A stretch of 32,001 nucleotides of DNA, from positions 1-32,001 of IMG/VR virus record IMGVR_UViG_3300043464_001836. One strand, given 5' to 3'. Positions 17,762-27,150 of this stretch are shown one piece after another. Made by a program: the position numbers and the translations under genes. The notes beneath the pieces were generated by a model. It ran no database searches, was not told the origin of the DNA, and saw only the letters and a list, made by a program, of their open reading frames with translations. The stretch comes from a virus (lineage: Duplodnaviria > Heunggongvirae > Uroviricota > Caudoviricetes). Positions within the stretch are counted from its first letter, which is position 1, and every line of letters begins with the position of its first letter.

Positions 17762-17786
17762 ACTTAGCACCTGGTACGTGCTAAGT
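17762..17786. other. Perfect 9-bp inverted repeat ACTTAGCAC-N7-GTGCTAAGT
   Basis: Read directly; no adjacent U-tract, so not called as a terminator. Confidence 0.8.
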
Positions 17787-17820
17787 ACTACGTATGCGAA
17801 AACGTCCTGGTATACTTAAA

Positions 17821-18078
17821 TTAGCACTTCCGAAAGCTTATAGTCACATTTCCATCTATCTCTTTTTGTAGCACACTATACTCTGGCACTAACTTACCTG
17901 GGTCTAGTAACTCAAAGAAGGGTGAAATGGCTACGTACTCTATCATGTCACTATAGTATATAGTTTCACCTCTAACTATAATACACATACCCATAATAGT
18001 CATAGCCACGTCTGGGTTACTCTCCACAAAGGCTCTAGATAGTGCAAATTTTCCAACTCTTTTAGTAATATCACTCAT
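17821..18078 (-). CDS. Hypothetical phage protein (85 aa)
   Basis: ORF with SD AAGGA, in line with the - strand operon. Confidence 0.65.
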   Translation of the reverse strand: MSDITKRVGKFALSRAFVESNPDVAMTIMGMCIIVRGETIYYSDMIEYVAISPFFELLDPGKLVPEYSVLQKEIDGNVTISFRKC

Positions 18079-18087
18079 TATTATTCC

Positions 18088-18318
18088 TTAGTAAATAAAT
18101 TCTCTATGCTTTAGAGTTTCTAGGTAGACTACATCCTCTTGATTAAGCCCTGGCTGCCTTAGCATTTCAGTAGGACTCATACACGTCTGCGTAACTTTTG
18201 GCACTGGTAAGATAAAGGTAACCTTGGCGCACCAGCAATTGTTACTACCAGTGCAGTATAGGGGTTTAGGCTTTACCTGGAGAGGCCGAAGCCTCTCCAA
18301 TGCTTGTGGGTTACACAT
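18088..18318 (-). CDS. Small Cys-rich protein with a CWC motif (76 aa)
   Basis: YCTGSNNCWC...TC; start overlaps the RNR stop codon. Confidence 0.6.
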   Translation of the reverse strand: MCNPQALERLRPLQVKPKPLYCTGSNNCWCAKVTFILPVPKVTQTCMSPTEMLRQPGLNQEDVVYLETLKHREFIY

Positions 18319-20357
18319 TACCTAATTGGGCAAACTCCACCGGAGCAGCCCTCCTCTAATAGCTCCTCATGAGAGTTACTACTATCTAGGTTAATATCTA
18401 GTAGCTTAGCAGTATACTCTAGGTATTCAGCTTCGGTAACTACCTCTTGTGGTAGATATGGGTAACCAAGGTCCTTAGCAGTTTTAGATGGATCATTACG
18501 CTTTAGAAAGCTAACTGCTACATAAGAATCCCAGTTGCTGTATAACCAGTCAGTAATATCTTCTAGCTCATTCTCATCATAGCTAATAGTACAACTAACA
18601 TTCTGGTCGCAGTAGTTATCCATAAGCATCTTGTATCTATTTAGCTGGTCTACAGCAGACTCTAGGTTAACTTCCTTACCATCGACTACATCGAACTTTA
18701 CATCCTCATAGGATATTGGTAAAGTAACTAGCATCGCTGTAGTATCATAAGGATGTGCAAAGACTCTATAGTTAGCTTTACGTAGAATATCGATTAGTGG
18801 ATCATGAATACTAAAGGCTACGTTATTAAAGATATACTTTCCTAGAGGTTTGTGCATACCTTCAGTAGAGTCGTAACACTTACTCTGAGTACCTTCAGGT
18901 TTGATAGTAGAAATGTTCTTCGGATATGGCAGGTCTAGTTCCTCAGCCATACTATAAGCCGCGGATGTTTGGTGTCTACGTAGAGTACGGTATTCATACG
19001 CACCCATATCAGGACGTTTAGCAACACCCATTAAGCTAACACCACATAGTCTTAGGTGATCAGAATTAAGTGACCAGCTTTCTTGTAGAATACCGTCCCT
19101 AAAGTCAACACACGTTTGACGGTAATTTGCTCTAGAGATAATTCTAGCCGCGTCATGTAACTCGTGGTTACTACCTTTGAACTTTCCAAGGTCAATGGAG
19201 ACTAGGTTACAGGTTCCACCCTTACTAGGAAGTAGGATCTCTGCGCAAGGGTTCATCAGGGTTGCCCACGGGGCCCGGCGTTTAAGTTCTACACCGTTAA
19301 TCAGTCCAGGCTCACCCTTACCACCGCGGTGCATCATCCATAGTAGGCTAGATAATTCCTTCTTGGAAGGCTTAGAGTCAAATAGGATAGAGTTATTACT
19401 CTGCGTTCTATGCTCAAGACCAGTTTCGCTACCATCGTTGCTAAAGATATGTGACTTAGCTCTAGCAAATAGTTCCCACTCAGGACTAGAGTAATCCATA
19501 ATAGCTATCTGCGCAGACCTACGAGTAGATAGTACAGTTCCTAGAAGGTTTACTACGTCTAGAATATCAATAGATGATAGTAGGGAATCTGCTCGCTTAT
19601 TCATTATGTCTACAATTTTCTTGTAGGACTTCATAAGACCCGTAGACCCTTGACTTAGCCACCCATAGTTTCTAAGTCTTTTTCCACCACCACGAATCTC
19701 TGAGAAGTCAATAATAAGTTCCTTAGCGTTATACTTACCTGCTAGAATCTTGCCTACTGACTTTGCCCAGGCAATAGCGCTATCACCAACTCTGATATAC
19801 CAAATGCCATCTTCCATGTACTCTTCATTAAACTCAGTACCCTTCTCATCCGCTGTTCTAGTGGAAGGGATAAACGTTACCTTAGGAATAACTTTTCTAA
19901 AGCCGGTTAAGGTACCAGGTACTGGTCGAAAACCCATACCAGAGCCATTAAGAAGACCCCAGAATATATCTACTATGTCGTGCACGGTCTGGGCGTTTAT
20001 GGCAGCGCAGTTAAATTGACTCATAGCTATGGTCTTGGCAATATTAGTACCACCGAGCCATAAAGTACGTCCAGCTACAGCTACTTTCCTCTCTAGAAGA
20101 AGTTCACGTAACTGCGCTAGTTCCTCAAGCTGACTATCTACTAAGCATACCCATTCCTGCATATCCTCAGTAATATCATTTAGAGGCATATCAGGCCAGC
20201 TCTTCTGTGTTAGTGCGCGTTCCCAAAGCCATTTTTGATGAGCGATAACTCTATCTACAGTTTGCTCCCACGTCTCAAACTCTGTACCCGCCTCATTTAG
20301 GGGCCTGTTGTACGTTCTACGTGTAATAATTTGAGCTCTAGTGGAAGGAACGAACAT
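18318..20357 (-). CDS. nrdJ: Class II (adenosylcobalamin-dependent) ribonucleotide reductase, monomeric RTPR type
   Basis: RRTYNRP...ETWEQTV.RV, GRTLWLGG, FNCA, NPCAE (radical Cys), CNL, IKPEGT, C-terminal GCSGGVCPIR redox pair. Confidence 0.9.
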   Translation of the reverse strand: MFVPSTRAQIITRRTYNRPLNEAGTEFETWEQTVDRVIAHQKWLWERALTQKSWPDMPLNDITEDMQEWVCLVDSQLEELAQLRELLLERKVAVAGRTLWLGGTNIAKTIAMSQFNCAAINAQTVHDIVDIFWGLLNGSGMGFRPVPGTLTGFRKVIPKVTFIPSTRTADEKGTEFNEEYMEDGIWYIRVGDSAIAWAKSVGKILAGKYNAKELIIDFSEIRGGGKRLRNYGWLSQGSTGLMKSYKKIVDIMNKRADSLLSSIDILDVVNLLGTVLSTRRSAQIAIMDYSSPEWELFARAKSHIFSNDGSETGLEHRTQSNNSILFDSKPSKKELSSLLWMMHRGGKGEPGLINGVELKRRAPWATLMNPCAEILLPSKGGTCNLVSIDLGKFKGSNHELHDAARIISRANYRQTCVDFRDGILQESWSLNSDHLRLCGVSLMGVAKRPDMGAYEYRTLRRHQTSAAYSMAEELDLPYPKNISTIKPEGTQSKCYDSTEGMHKPLGKYIFNNVAFSIHDPLIDILRKANYRVFAHPYDTTAMLVTLPISYEDVKFDVVDGKEVNLESAVDQLNRYKMLMDNYCDQNVSCTISYDENELEDITDWLYSNWDSYVAVSFLKRNDPSKTAKDLGYPYLPQEVVTEAEYLEYTAKLLDINLDSSNSHEELLEEGCSGGVCPIR

Positions 20358-21736
20358 TAATTAACCCCCGTACTACCAAACCCGCCCGTTCCACGGGCAC
20401 TATCTTCGAGTTCATCTACTAGAACTAAGTCAAAGTCTAGCTTTGGCATTAATACTAGTTGTACTAACCTATTTGGTAGTGTTAGTTCCATATCCTCATC
20501 TTTCCGTAAAGCAACCATAATTTCTCCTATGTAATTCTGATCAATAATTCCGATTGCATTAGCAAGACTATACCCACTTTTACTAATGCTACTTCTCCCT
20601 ACTAAGATAAAGTAGTACCCTGTAGGCGGTTTAACTTTTATACCTGTAGTGTATAAAGATACTGTTGATGTAAAGTCCTGAACTTTTTCTATAATGTGTA
20701 GGTCAATACCAGAAGCATTAATATCGTTAATGCTTGGAACCACTGCATTCTTGTTTGACTTAACTACATGTATTTCTCCTAGAGGATGTGGAATAATAGT
20801 ATCCTTATCTACACTAGGCTTCCAAGAGGAATAGGTACAGTATAAGTCATATTTACGATTCAGCCTAGGTATAAAGTTATTTTGGTATAGTTTATCTAAA
20901 AAGTGTATACTAGCTGCTCCACTACTAATTTCCCAGGAATGCTGATTATTTGTAGTATTAGTGTATACGTTACCAACACCTACTAGTGCCCGTATGCTTT
21001 CCAACATACCTATAGAATTTGAGCTAATATTTACTCTAGGTATAGGATGAAATACATTTCGTCTACTATTTAAACTACCATCTCCCTCATAGTACCCTCT
21101 TAGGAAAGCCCATTGTAGCTCCTCAGTAGCTAAATCGGGGAACTGTACCTTAGTATCTTTTTTTCCAGCTGCATCCAACTTTAGGTGCTTTACACATGCC
21201 CTAGACATTTGAGTAGAGTTAATGGTTAGCAATAGCATATTTGACTTAATTTCCGCAATAGGCAAATTAGTATCTACAATAGCTCTTAATTTTAAAAGTA
21301 TATCACAGTCATAATCCCTAACAGATATAGCTATGGAACCACTGTGCCTTATCGCACCATCACTAGCTATCCAACCTAACAGATACGCCTTTTCCGCGGT
21401 ATCTACATTATCCAATAGTGAATCATCAAAAAAGTACTTAGTATTAGGGTTAGACCTCCCAGAAAACTCCTCTGTTTTTTGGCAAAACATACAATAGTCT
21501 TTATTACCTATACGTCGTCTCTGCTTTACTACAAGTCTCCACTCTCTTTCAAATACACCTAAACAATTGGAGTTCTTACCACTATCACACTTTACTACCA
21601 CTACTTGGTGGCTTCCCTCTGATAAGTCTACCGGGGCCACATCATAGTACCCTTCTTTATTTGGTACATACTGAAGTTCTTTATACCTTTTATAGCTTTT
21701 AGTATCTTTAGAGGTTACTTTATCTGTTAGTATCAA
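20357..21736 (-). CDS. dut: Fusion protein: Cys4 zinc-finger-like segment + two-motif LAGLIDADG endonuclease + trimeric dUTPase
   Basis: LAGLIDADG motifs AYLLGWIASDG and AFLRGYYEGDG; dUTPase motifs ASGIDL, GRSS, GIIDQNYIGEI, VQLVL, RGTGGFGSTG; TTG start overlapping the D15 stop. Confidence 0.88.
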   Translation of the reverse strand: MILTDKVTSKDTKSYKRYKELQYVPNKEGYYDVAPVDLSEGSHQVVVVKCDSGKNSNCLGVFEREWRLVVKQRRRIGNKDYCMFCQKTEEFSGRSNPNTKYFFDDSLLDNVDTAEKAYLLGWIASDGAIRHSGSIAISVRDYDCDILLKLRAIVDTNLPIAEIKSNMLLLTINSTQMSRACVKHLKLDAAGKKDTKVQFPDLATEELQWAFLRGYYEGDGSLNSRRNVFHPIPRVNISSNSIGMLESIRALVGVGNVYTNTTNNQHSWEISSGAASIHFLDKLYQNNFIPRLNRKYDLYCTYSSWKPSVDKDTIIPHPLGEIHVVKSNKNAVVPSINDINASGIDLHIIEKVQDFTSTVSLYTTGIKVKPPTGYYFILVGRSSISKSGYSLANAIGIIDQNYIGEIMVALRKDEDMELTLPNRLVQLVLMPKLDFDLVLVDELEDSARGTGGFGSTGVN

Positions 21737-22593
21737 TTCAATCTCTCGTTTATGTCTTTTATGTTGTCTTCACCAATAGCTTCTCTACAGAAAGTAGCTA
21801 GGTCCATTAATTCTATGTTTCTATAAAGCAAGTCTTTTGCAGCATTAAGATTCTGGATAAACTTTTGTTTACCTGGTAGTGGTATAGCCTCGATTACTCC
21901 AAAGATATCACCATACTCTTCTAGTAGAGCTAGAGAGCGTTTAGGCCCTAGGCCTTCTGGCTTTGTAATATTATCTCCTGCATCACCACTTAGAACTTTT
22001 AGTCCTAGATAGTTATCATTAGTACACTCGTAAGGCCACGTATCTTCAGTAACTTCTTTTCTAGTTACATAACTAAAGCGAGAAACCTTATCAGATACTA
22101 GTAAATCCCAATCTTTATCGGTTGAAATAAGCCAAAGGTGTTTATAGCTTAAAGCACTTACTAAGTAGGCTCCAATGTCATCAGCCTCAACACCCTCATA
22201 GCGTAGCACAACGTATAGTTCTTCTAGTAAAACTAGAGTACGCTCAAACTCCTGAAAGAAGGCTTCGAATTTAGCTTTTTCTTCTGGAGTTTGTAGGGCT
22301 TGCTTCTCTTTACGGTTAGCCTTATACTCAGGATATAGGTTCTTTCTATAGCTAGAAGCTCCTTTATCGCAAGCAATAATAATCCTTCCTGCTTTGTAAC
22401 TCTGAGCTAGACTTTGTACAGTTTTAACATACTCATCTGCAAAGTCTAGCTGACCAGTAGTAAGAAAGCGAAAACCTAAATTGATCGCATCCACCACCAT
22501 TACAATCTCTGGGTCTTTAGAAGACATACTAGCAAAGGATTTACCTTTAGCAAGAGCTTTCAAATCGTCAATGTCTTCCATTACTTGATCCAC
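21733..22593 (-). CDS. 5'-3' exonuclease / flap endonuclease (T5 D15-like)
   Basis: VVDAINL, DKG.SSYR...YPEYKANR, EADD, DKD, GD.GDNI, GLGPKR motifs. Confidence 0.93.
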   Translation of the reverse strand: MDQVMEDIDDLKALAKGKSFASMSSKDPEIVMVVDAINLGFRFLTTGQLDFADEYVKTVQSLAQSYKAGRIIIACDKGASSYRKNLYPEYKANRKEKQALQTPEEKAKFEAFFQEFERTLVLLEELYVVLRYEGVEADDIGAYLVSALSYKHLWLISTDKDWDLLVSDKVSRFSYVTRKEVTEDTWPYECTNDNYLGLKVLSGDAGDNITKPEGLGPKRSLALLEEYGDIFGVIEAIPLPGKQKFIQNLNAAKDLLYRNIELMDLATFCREAIGEDNIKDINERLN

Positions 22594-23039
22594 TCCGGTT
22601 TACAGTAGCTCACCCACTGTTCTAGTCTTGTAATATAGAATCCTTCATAGCTATACAAATAGCGGTGAGGGTACTCATCTGGTTCTACTAATAGGTTATC
22701 CATGCAAGCATATAGCTTAGACCTATCGTACTTATAAATAAGTAGTGGTTTCTTATTTACTTGTAAAGATTCTCTTACTGTCTGACCCCAAAATTGAGAA
22801 AGCTGCGGATTGACACCAGTTAAGTACGTAGATGATAACTGGTCTTCTGCGTAGTGCTTCACTTCTATACAGTAGTGGTTATACTCCCCTGGTACATATA
22901 AGTCACCCTTTAACTGGTGTACTGCCGCAAGTGCTCCAGATGCCGGAATGCGCTCCCACTGTAAGCCAGTTAGTTTACGCATTTCGTCTCGCACAACCGT
23001 CTCTGCTCTAGCGCCTTTTGCTCTGCTATCAACTGCCAT
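22581..23039 (-). CDS. PD-(D/E)XK nuclease, T5 D14-like (putative Holliday junction resolvase)
   Basis: DSRAKGARAE, KGDL, IEVKH; start set at ATG 23039; syntenic between D13 and D15. Confidence 0.82.
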   Translation of the reverse strand: MAVDSRAKGARAETVVRDEMRKLTGLQWERIPASGALAAVHQLKGDLYVPGEYNHYCIEVKHYAEDQLSSTYLTGVNPQLSQFWGQTVRESLQVNKKPLLIYKYDRSKLYACMDNLLVEPDEYPHRYLYSYEGFYITRLEQWVSYCKPEWIK

Positions 23040-24837
23040 AATCAATCCTACTTATACCATCTTCTTTTATAATTGTTAATTTCTTTACTAGTGGATGTGA
23101 ATACGAGTGTGAGATTAGAAAGGTATTTAAACAGTCTTCCCGTAGTAGCACTTCAATAAGCCGCTCCTTTCCGTCTAGGTCTAGGCTATCAATAACCTCA
23201 TCTAGGAAAAGTACATTAATACGATGCTTAGATAAAGTTGCCATAAGCCTACGAATTGCTAGAAGCGTACTAGTAGTAACTCTACATAGTTCACCTGCGG
23301 AAAGTGCAGTAATCTCAATATTCTTTCCATTGTCTACAATCACTACATTTAGCTTATCGTTGTGAAGCTCAAACAGCAATTCAAATCTACCGTCTGAAAG
23401 CTCCGCTAGATAAGTGTTAGTCAAACTTTCTAGTTCTCTAACAGAGTTCTCTATCTTATAAGCAATTAAGCCAGTAGTACTAAAGGCTTTCTTAAGAATT
23501 TCTAGTACAGATAAGTTGCTAGATACTTTAATTAAGTCAACTGAAATACTATCCAGCTGCTTAGTGTAGCTTTCTAACTGACCCCTAATTGCAGCAACTT
23601 CAGCATTATGAGAACTCTTAGCATTATTAGACTTGCTAACCTTCTCAATTCTAGCATTAACATCTTTTAGGTAAGCTGTCATGCTAGCAATGCTTTGTTC
23701 TAGTTCTTGTTTGTCTAATAGGATACCAGGAAGGGTATTGTCTACTAAGTTGCTAAACTGCTCAAATTCTGAAACTAGCTGTTGGTGAGCAGTTACTTCA
23801 GCATTAATCTTTTCAGCCTCTGTAATCTCCGCTAATACCTTAGCCTCTACTTTTCTTAAGTCTGCAATACTGGTTCTAGCTGTATTTAGAATTCCATTTA
23901 TACGCTGCACGTCAATTTCTTGTGCACAAGTAGGACAAGCTCCAGCAGTTAGTCCTTTATACTTGGTGATAATAGCACCTTGCTGACGTAGCTCTAGCTG
24001 TACTTCTGACTTTTTATTCTCTAGAGGTTTTAGATTTTGTTTCGGTTTTGTACTTACTAGAGCAGCGGGATTGATAGCAGCAAGACGTTCCTTGTAATGC
24101 TTGTTACTAGCAATCTTGCTATTGATCTTACTTATTTCTGCTAGTTGAGCTTTATGCTCTGCTAATTGGGTCGCTTTTGTACTATCTAGCATAGGAAGGG
24201 GCTCTAGCTCTAACTCTACTAGGGACTTCTTAGCTGCTTCCTCTAACCAGGACCTAACAGTAGATTCCTTAGCCTGTAGTTTAATCAGAGACTCGTTTAC
24301 TTCCTTGTACGCTTGCTTAACCCTCTCAAAAATAGTTAAGTACCTATCTAGAGATAGTAAGTCAATAAGGAACTTCTTTCGGTTAGAGTCAGTAGCCGTA
24401 AGGAACTGTAGAGAAGAAGTGCTATTCTGATAAATTAGCTGACTAAACGTTTTGGGGTCTATACCAAATAAATCCTCAACTTGAGAAAAGGTGGCTGTAG
24501 CCGTATGACTAGACACGTCCAACCCATTTTCTAGTAGTTTAACCTTCTGGGTGGCGCCGGAGCGAGTTACACTAAGTGTAAACGCTCTATCATCTATAAC
24601 GAAGTTACAGGAGGCAGAATACTTATTACTACCTAGCTCTCGGTTAAATACGTCACCTTTCTTAATCGCTTTTGAGTTGCGATTAAATAGTACCTCTTCT
24701 AGAACTAGGGGTATTGAAGACTTGCCAGAACCATTCACGCCTACTAGCTGTACGATTGGTTCCTCGTCTAAAGCTACACTATTATCTAGTCCATAACTAA
24801 ATAACCCGCTCCAGTTAAGCGTCTTTAATGTAATCAT
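23029..24837 (-). CDS. SbcC/Rad50-like ATPase (T5 D13-like)
   Basis: Walker A GVNGSGKSS, zinc hook CPTC within coiled coil, signature LSAGE, Walker B FLDE, H-loop ISH. Confidence 0.93.
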   Translation of the reverse strand: MITLKTLNWSGLFSYGLDNSVALDEEPIVQLVGVNGSGKSSIPLVLEEVLFNRNSKAIKKGDVFNRELGSNKYSASCNFVIDDRAFTLSVTRSGATQKVKLLENGLDVSSHTATATFSQVEDLFGIDPKTFSQLIYQNSTSSLQFLTATDSNRKKFLIDLLSLDRYLTIFERVKQAYKEVNESLIKLQAKESTVRSWLEEAAKKSLVELELEPLPMLDSTKATQLAEHKAQLAEISKINSKIASNKHYKERLAAINPAALVSTKPKQNLKPLENKKSEVQLELRQQGAIITKYKGLTAGACPTCAQEIDVQRINGILNTARTSIADLRKVEAKVLAEITEAEKINAEVTAHQQLVSEFEQFSNLVDNTLPGILLDKQELEQSIASMTAYLKDVNARIEKVSKSNNAKSSHNAEVAAIRGQLESYTKQLDSISVDLIKVSSNLSVLEILKKAFSTTGLIAYKIENSVRELESLTNTYLAELSDGRFELLFELHNDKLNVVIVDNGKNIEITALSAGELCRVTTSTLLAIRRLMATLSKHRINVLFLDEVIDSLDLDGKERLIEVLLREDCLNTFLISHSYSHPLVKKLTIIKEDGISRIDYGS

Positions 24838-25750
24838 CTGCTTCCTTTAATACCTTATCTACGTTAGGAACCTTCAACACGTTCTCTAAGTAAATCCTTA
24901 GCTCCTCCTGTACAGGTAGGTTTCTCAAGTCTAGACTGGCTTTATGCTCACGTAGAACTAACTTCTTGTCTAGAAGTTCTGTGTTCTTAACCGTAGCTAA
25001 TTGTCCTACGTCACCCTCCACTTCAAATATTGTGTGATGGTAGCTAGTTGGAACCATTTCGGCTGCAGAGCCGACGGTTTTTCTGATTAGCTGTGGTAGG
25101 TCCAGTTCGTAGAAGTCCCATTCTAGTAAATCAGAATCTAGAATAACTACACCACTAGTAACTTCACTTCTGTGAAAGCTAGTAGTTACTGGAGACCCTG
25201 GGTACACAATATTACGCTGGCTATTACTATGAGAGTGTAAGTCCCCTGCTAGTACTAGAGGCCATCGGTCTAGTAAACTCAGGTCAATCTCTGGCTTTAC
25301 ATGTGGAGGAATCTCTCCACGCACGTGAGTAAATAAAATATTCCCCGTAAACTCTGGCCAGGACTCTCGAAGTTTATTATACGGAATAAAGTCCATATTA
25401 TCAATAGTCAGGAAGTCATCAATAATCCTAATATTACCGTTACTAGCAGATAACGTTACTAGTGATAAGTTACTTAGGAATGTTGTATTTTTCTTAACAG
25501 CTTCGTGGTTACCGGGGTAAATAATAGTACGAATATCTTTGAAAATCTCAAGCATTTCAAAGTATAGGCCTAGCTCAACCATAGAAGGTACTTTATCAAA
25601 TACGTCACCACCTAATACTAGAAGGTCACAGTTCTGCATCAAGTCTTTTATACTATGAAAAAGGCTTCTATACCTATTTAGTTGCCACTCTACAGGTACA
25701 TTCTTCTGGCCTAGCTTTATATGTAAGTCAGCTGTAAATAGTACTTTCAT
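24815..25750 (-). CDS. SbcD/Mre11-like metallophosphoesterase nuclease (T5 D12-like)
   Basis: ADLH, GGDVFD, GNHE, GDLHSH motifs; adjacent to the SbcC-like gene. Confidence 0.92.
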   Translation of the reverse strand: MKVLFTADLHIKLGQKNVPVEWQLNRYRSLFHSIKDLMQNCDLLVLGGDVFDKVPSMVELGLYFEMLEIFKDIRTIIYPGNHEAVKKNTTFLSNLSLVTLSASNGNIRIIDDFLTIDNMDFIPYNKLRESWPEFTGNILFTHVRGEIPPHVKPEIDLSLLDRWPLVLAGDLHSHSNSQRNIVYPGSPVTTSFHRSEVTSGVVILDSDLLEWDFYELDLPQLIRKTVGSAAEMVPTSYHHTIFEVEGDVGQLATVKNTELLDKKLVLREHKASLDLRNLPVQEELRIYLENVLKVPNVDKVLKEADDYIKDA

Positions 25751-27150
25751 TTGTTATCCTCTAAAACCCAGGCGGAGTTACCACAGTCAAAAACTCTATG
25801 ATATCCTCTATGTTGCATAATTTCGACCTCAGTACTATTAATATCGTAACCTTGTTGTACTAACAGATGCTTCTGACATTGGTGTCTAGAGAGGGAGTCT
25901 AATCCTTTATAGTACCTATAACTAGGGTCTGTAAAATGACTAAATCTAAAGCCTAGTTTCATATATAAGTTACCTGTGCTCCACCTACGATCTGCATAGC
26001 TAATAATAGTTCCTATATTACTTTTAGTAAAAGCTCTAAGTAATTTAGATGCCCCACCAATAACAGTACTGCCCAATATACTACAATAGCGTAATAGTTC
26101 ATAATTATAGACACTATTAAATCGTGGCGTACCGAACGTCATAATAGCAACTAAGCGACTATCCAAGTACAACCCGTACCGATACTTAGACACGCACGTT
26201 CCCTGAATATGATTAGCTACTAGAAATAATGAGGCGTCATCTGGACTTACTTGTCTAATTACGCATTTTCTAGCAGCTATCTTTACTGAAGTACCTACTA
26301 AAGACTCTAGCCTAGACTTTACAATATGTTGCTTATGTATCCACTCATCCTCATTTATATGAATTAACCTATATCCAAAATTTTCCACTCCTATAGTTTT
26401 ATTTAGGTGGTAATTTCTACCTACTAGAGCCTCCCGATGCCAATAGGTTCCGTTAAACTCAATAGCTATACCTAAGTCTGGCAATAAAATATCCAGCTCT
26501 TTACCACCTAGAATAGACCTATCATTTAATTCTACCCAGCCAGGATATACTGATTGAATAAACTTTGTTAGCTCTTCTTCACTATTACTACGTAGCTTAT
26601 TCTTTGCACATACGGGGCAGCCAGATAGATTACCAATCGTATTATTAGGTGTAGCTTCCCACAGATTACCACAAACAGTACACTTATGTACTAAAGGTAA
26701 CTGTCTACCTTTATATTCCCCTATAACCTCAATATTTCTATCTCCTAGTTCCATTATATATTCAGCTGTAGTTTTCAAAGCTCTATTAGAGCAAAATTTA
26801 CATTTATGGCCTTGAATAACACTCTGAGGTCTTACTTCATGTGTACTGCCACAGTCTAGGCACTCATGTAGTATATTGGTTAGGTTATTTATGTATGTAC
26901 CTACACGTCTATATCTAGTCTGTTTTATCTTCTCATCGTATATTTCATTAGTCCACGTAGCTTTTTTGGCTCTACAGGTAGGACAGGTAGTAGATTTTAA
27001 TACTGTTTTGGGGGCTCTTAAGTATATATTACCACAACCTAAGCATTCATGCTCTATTGGGATTAGTGCAGTTTTATACTCTCCTATACGACGATAAGTG
27101 CTACCCTTAGCCAGTAGCTTCTTATCGTACTCTGCATTACTTGAAGTCAT
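25747..27150 (-). CDS. Free-standing Hef-like mobile endonuclease: 3 zinc-ribbon repeats + PD-(D/E)XK nuclease + GNAT-like C-terminal domain
   Basis: Three CxxC...CxxC repeats; S.EEEL...ELDI.LP...IAIEFNG.YWH; C-terminal GGASKLL...SYADRRWSTGNLYMKLGF. Confidence 0.72.
   Translation of the reverse strand: MTSSNAEYDKKLLAKGSTYRRIGEYKTALIPIEHECLGCGNIYLRAPKTVLKSTTCPTCRAKKATWTNEIYDEKIKQTRYRRVGTYINNLTNILHECLDCGSTHEVRPQSVIQGHKCKFCSNRALKTTAEYIMELGDRNIEVIGEYKGRQLPLVHKCTVCGNLWEATPNNTIGNLSGCPVCAKNKLRSNSEEELTKFIQSVYPGWVELNDRSILGGKELDILLPDLGIAIEFNGTYWHREALVGRNYHLNKTIGVENFGYRLIHINEDEWIHKQHIVKSRLESLVGTSVKIAARKCVIRQVSPDDASLFLVANHIQGTCVSKYRYGLYLDSRLVAIMTFGTPRFNSVYNYELLRYCSILGSTVIGGASKLLRAFTKSNIGTIISYADRRWSTGNLYMKLGFRFSHFTDPSYRYYKGLDSLSRHQCQKHLLVQQGYDINSTEVEIMQHRGYHRVFDCGNSAWVLEDNK

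Noticed and set aside
17762-17786. CIRCE (HrcA operator)
   Set aside because: The half-sites TTAGCAC/GTGCTAA match the CIRCE core, but they are 7 nt apart instead of 13 (TC-N9-GA), and the site lies 3' of both operons.
19855-20357. Similar PSTR peptides in the RNR (MFVPSTRA and TFIPSTRT)
   Set aside because: Only about 12 matching nucleotides with no extended similarity; consistent with chance.
20770-21736. Intein in the dUTPase
   Set aside because: No N-terminal Cys/Ser block A, no TxxH and no terminal (H)N-C/S/T; the nuclease lies before all dUTPase motifs rather than inside them.
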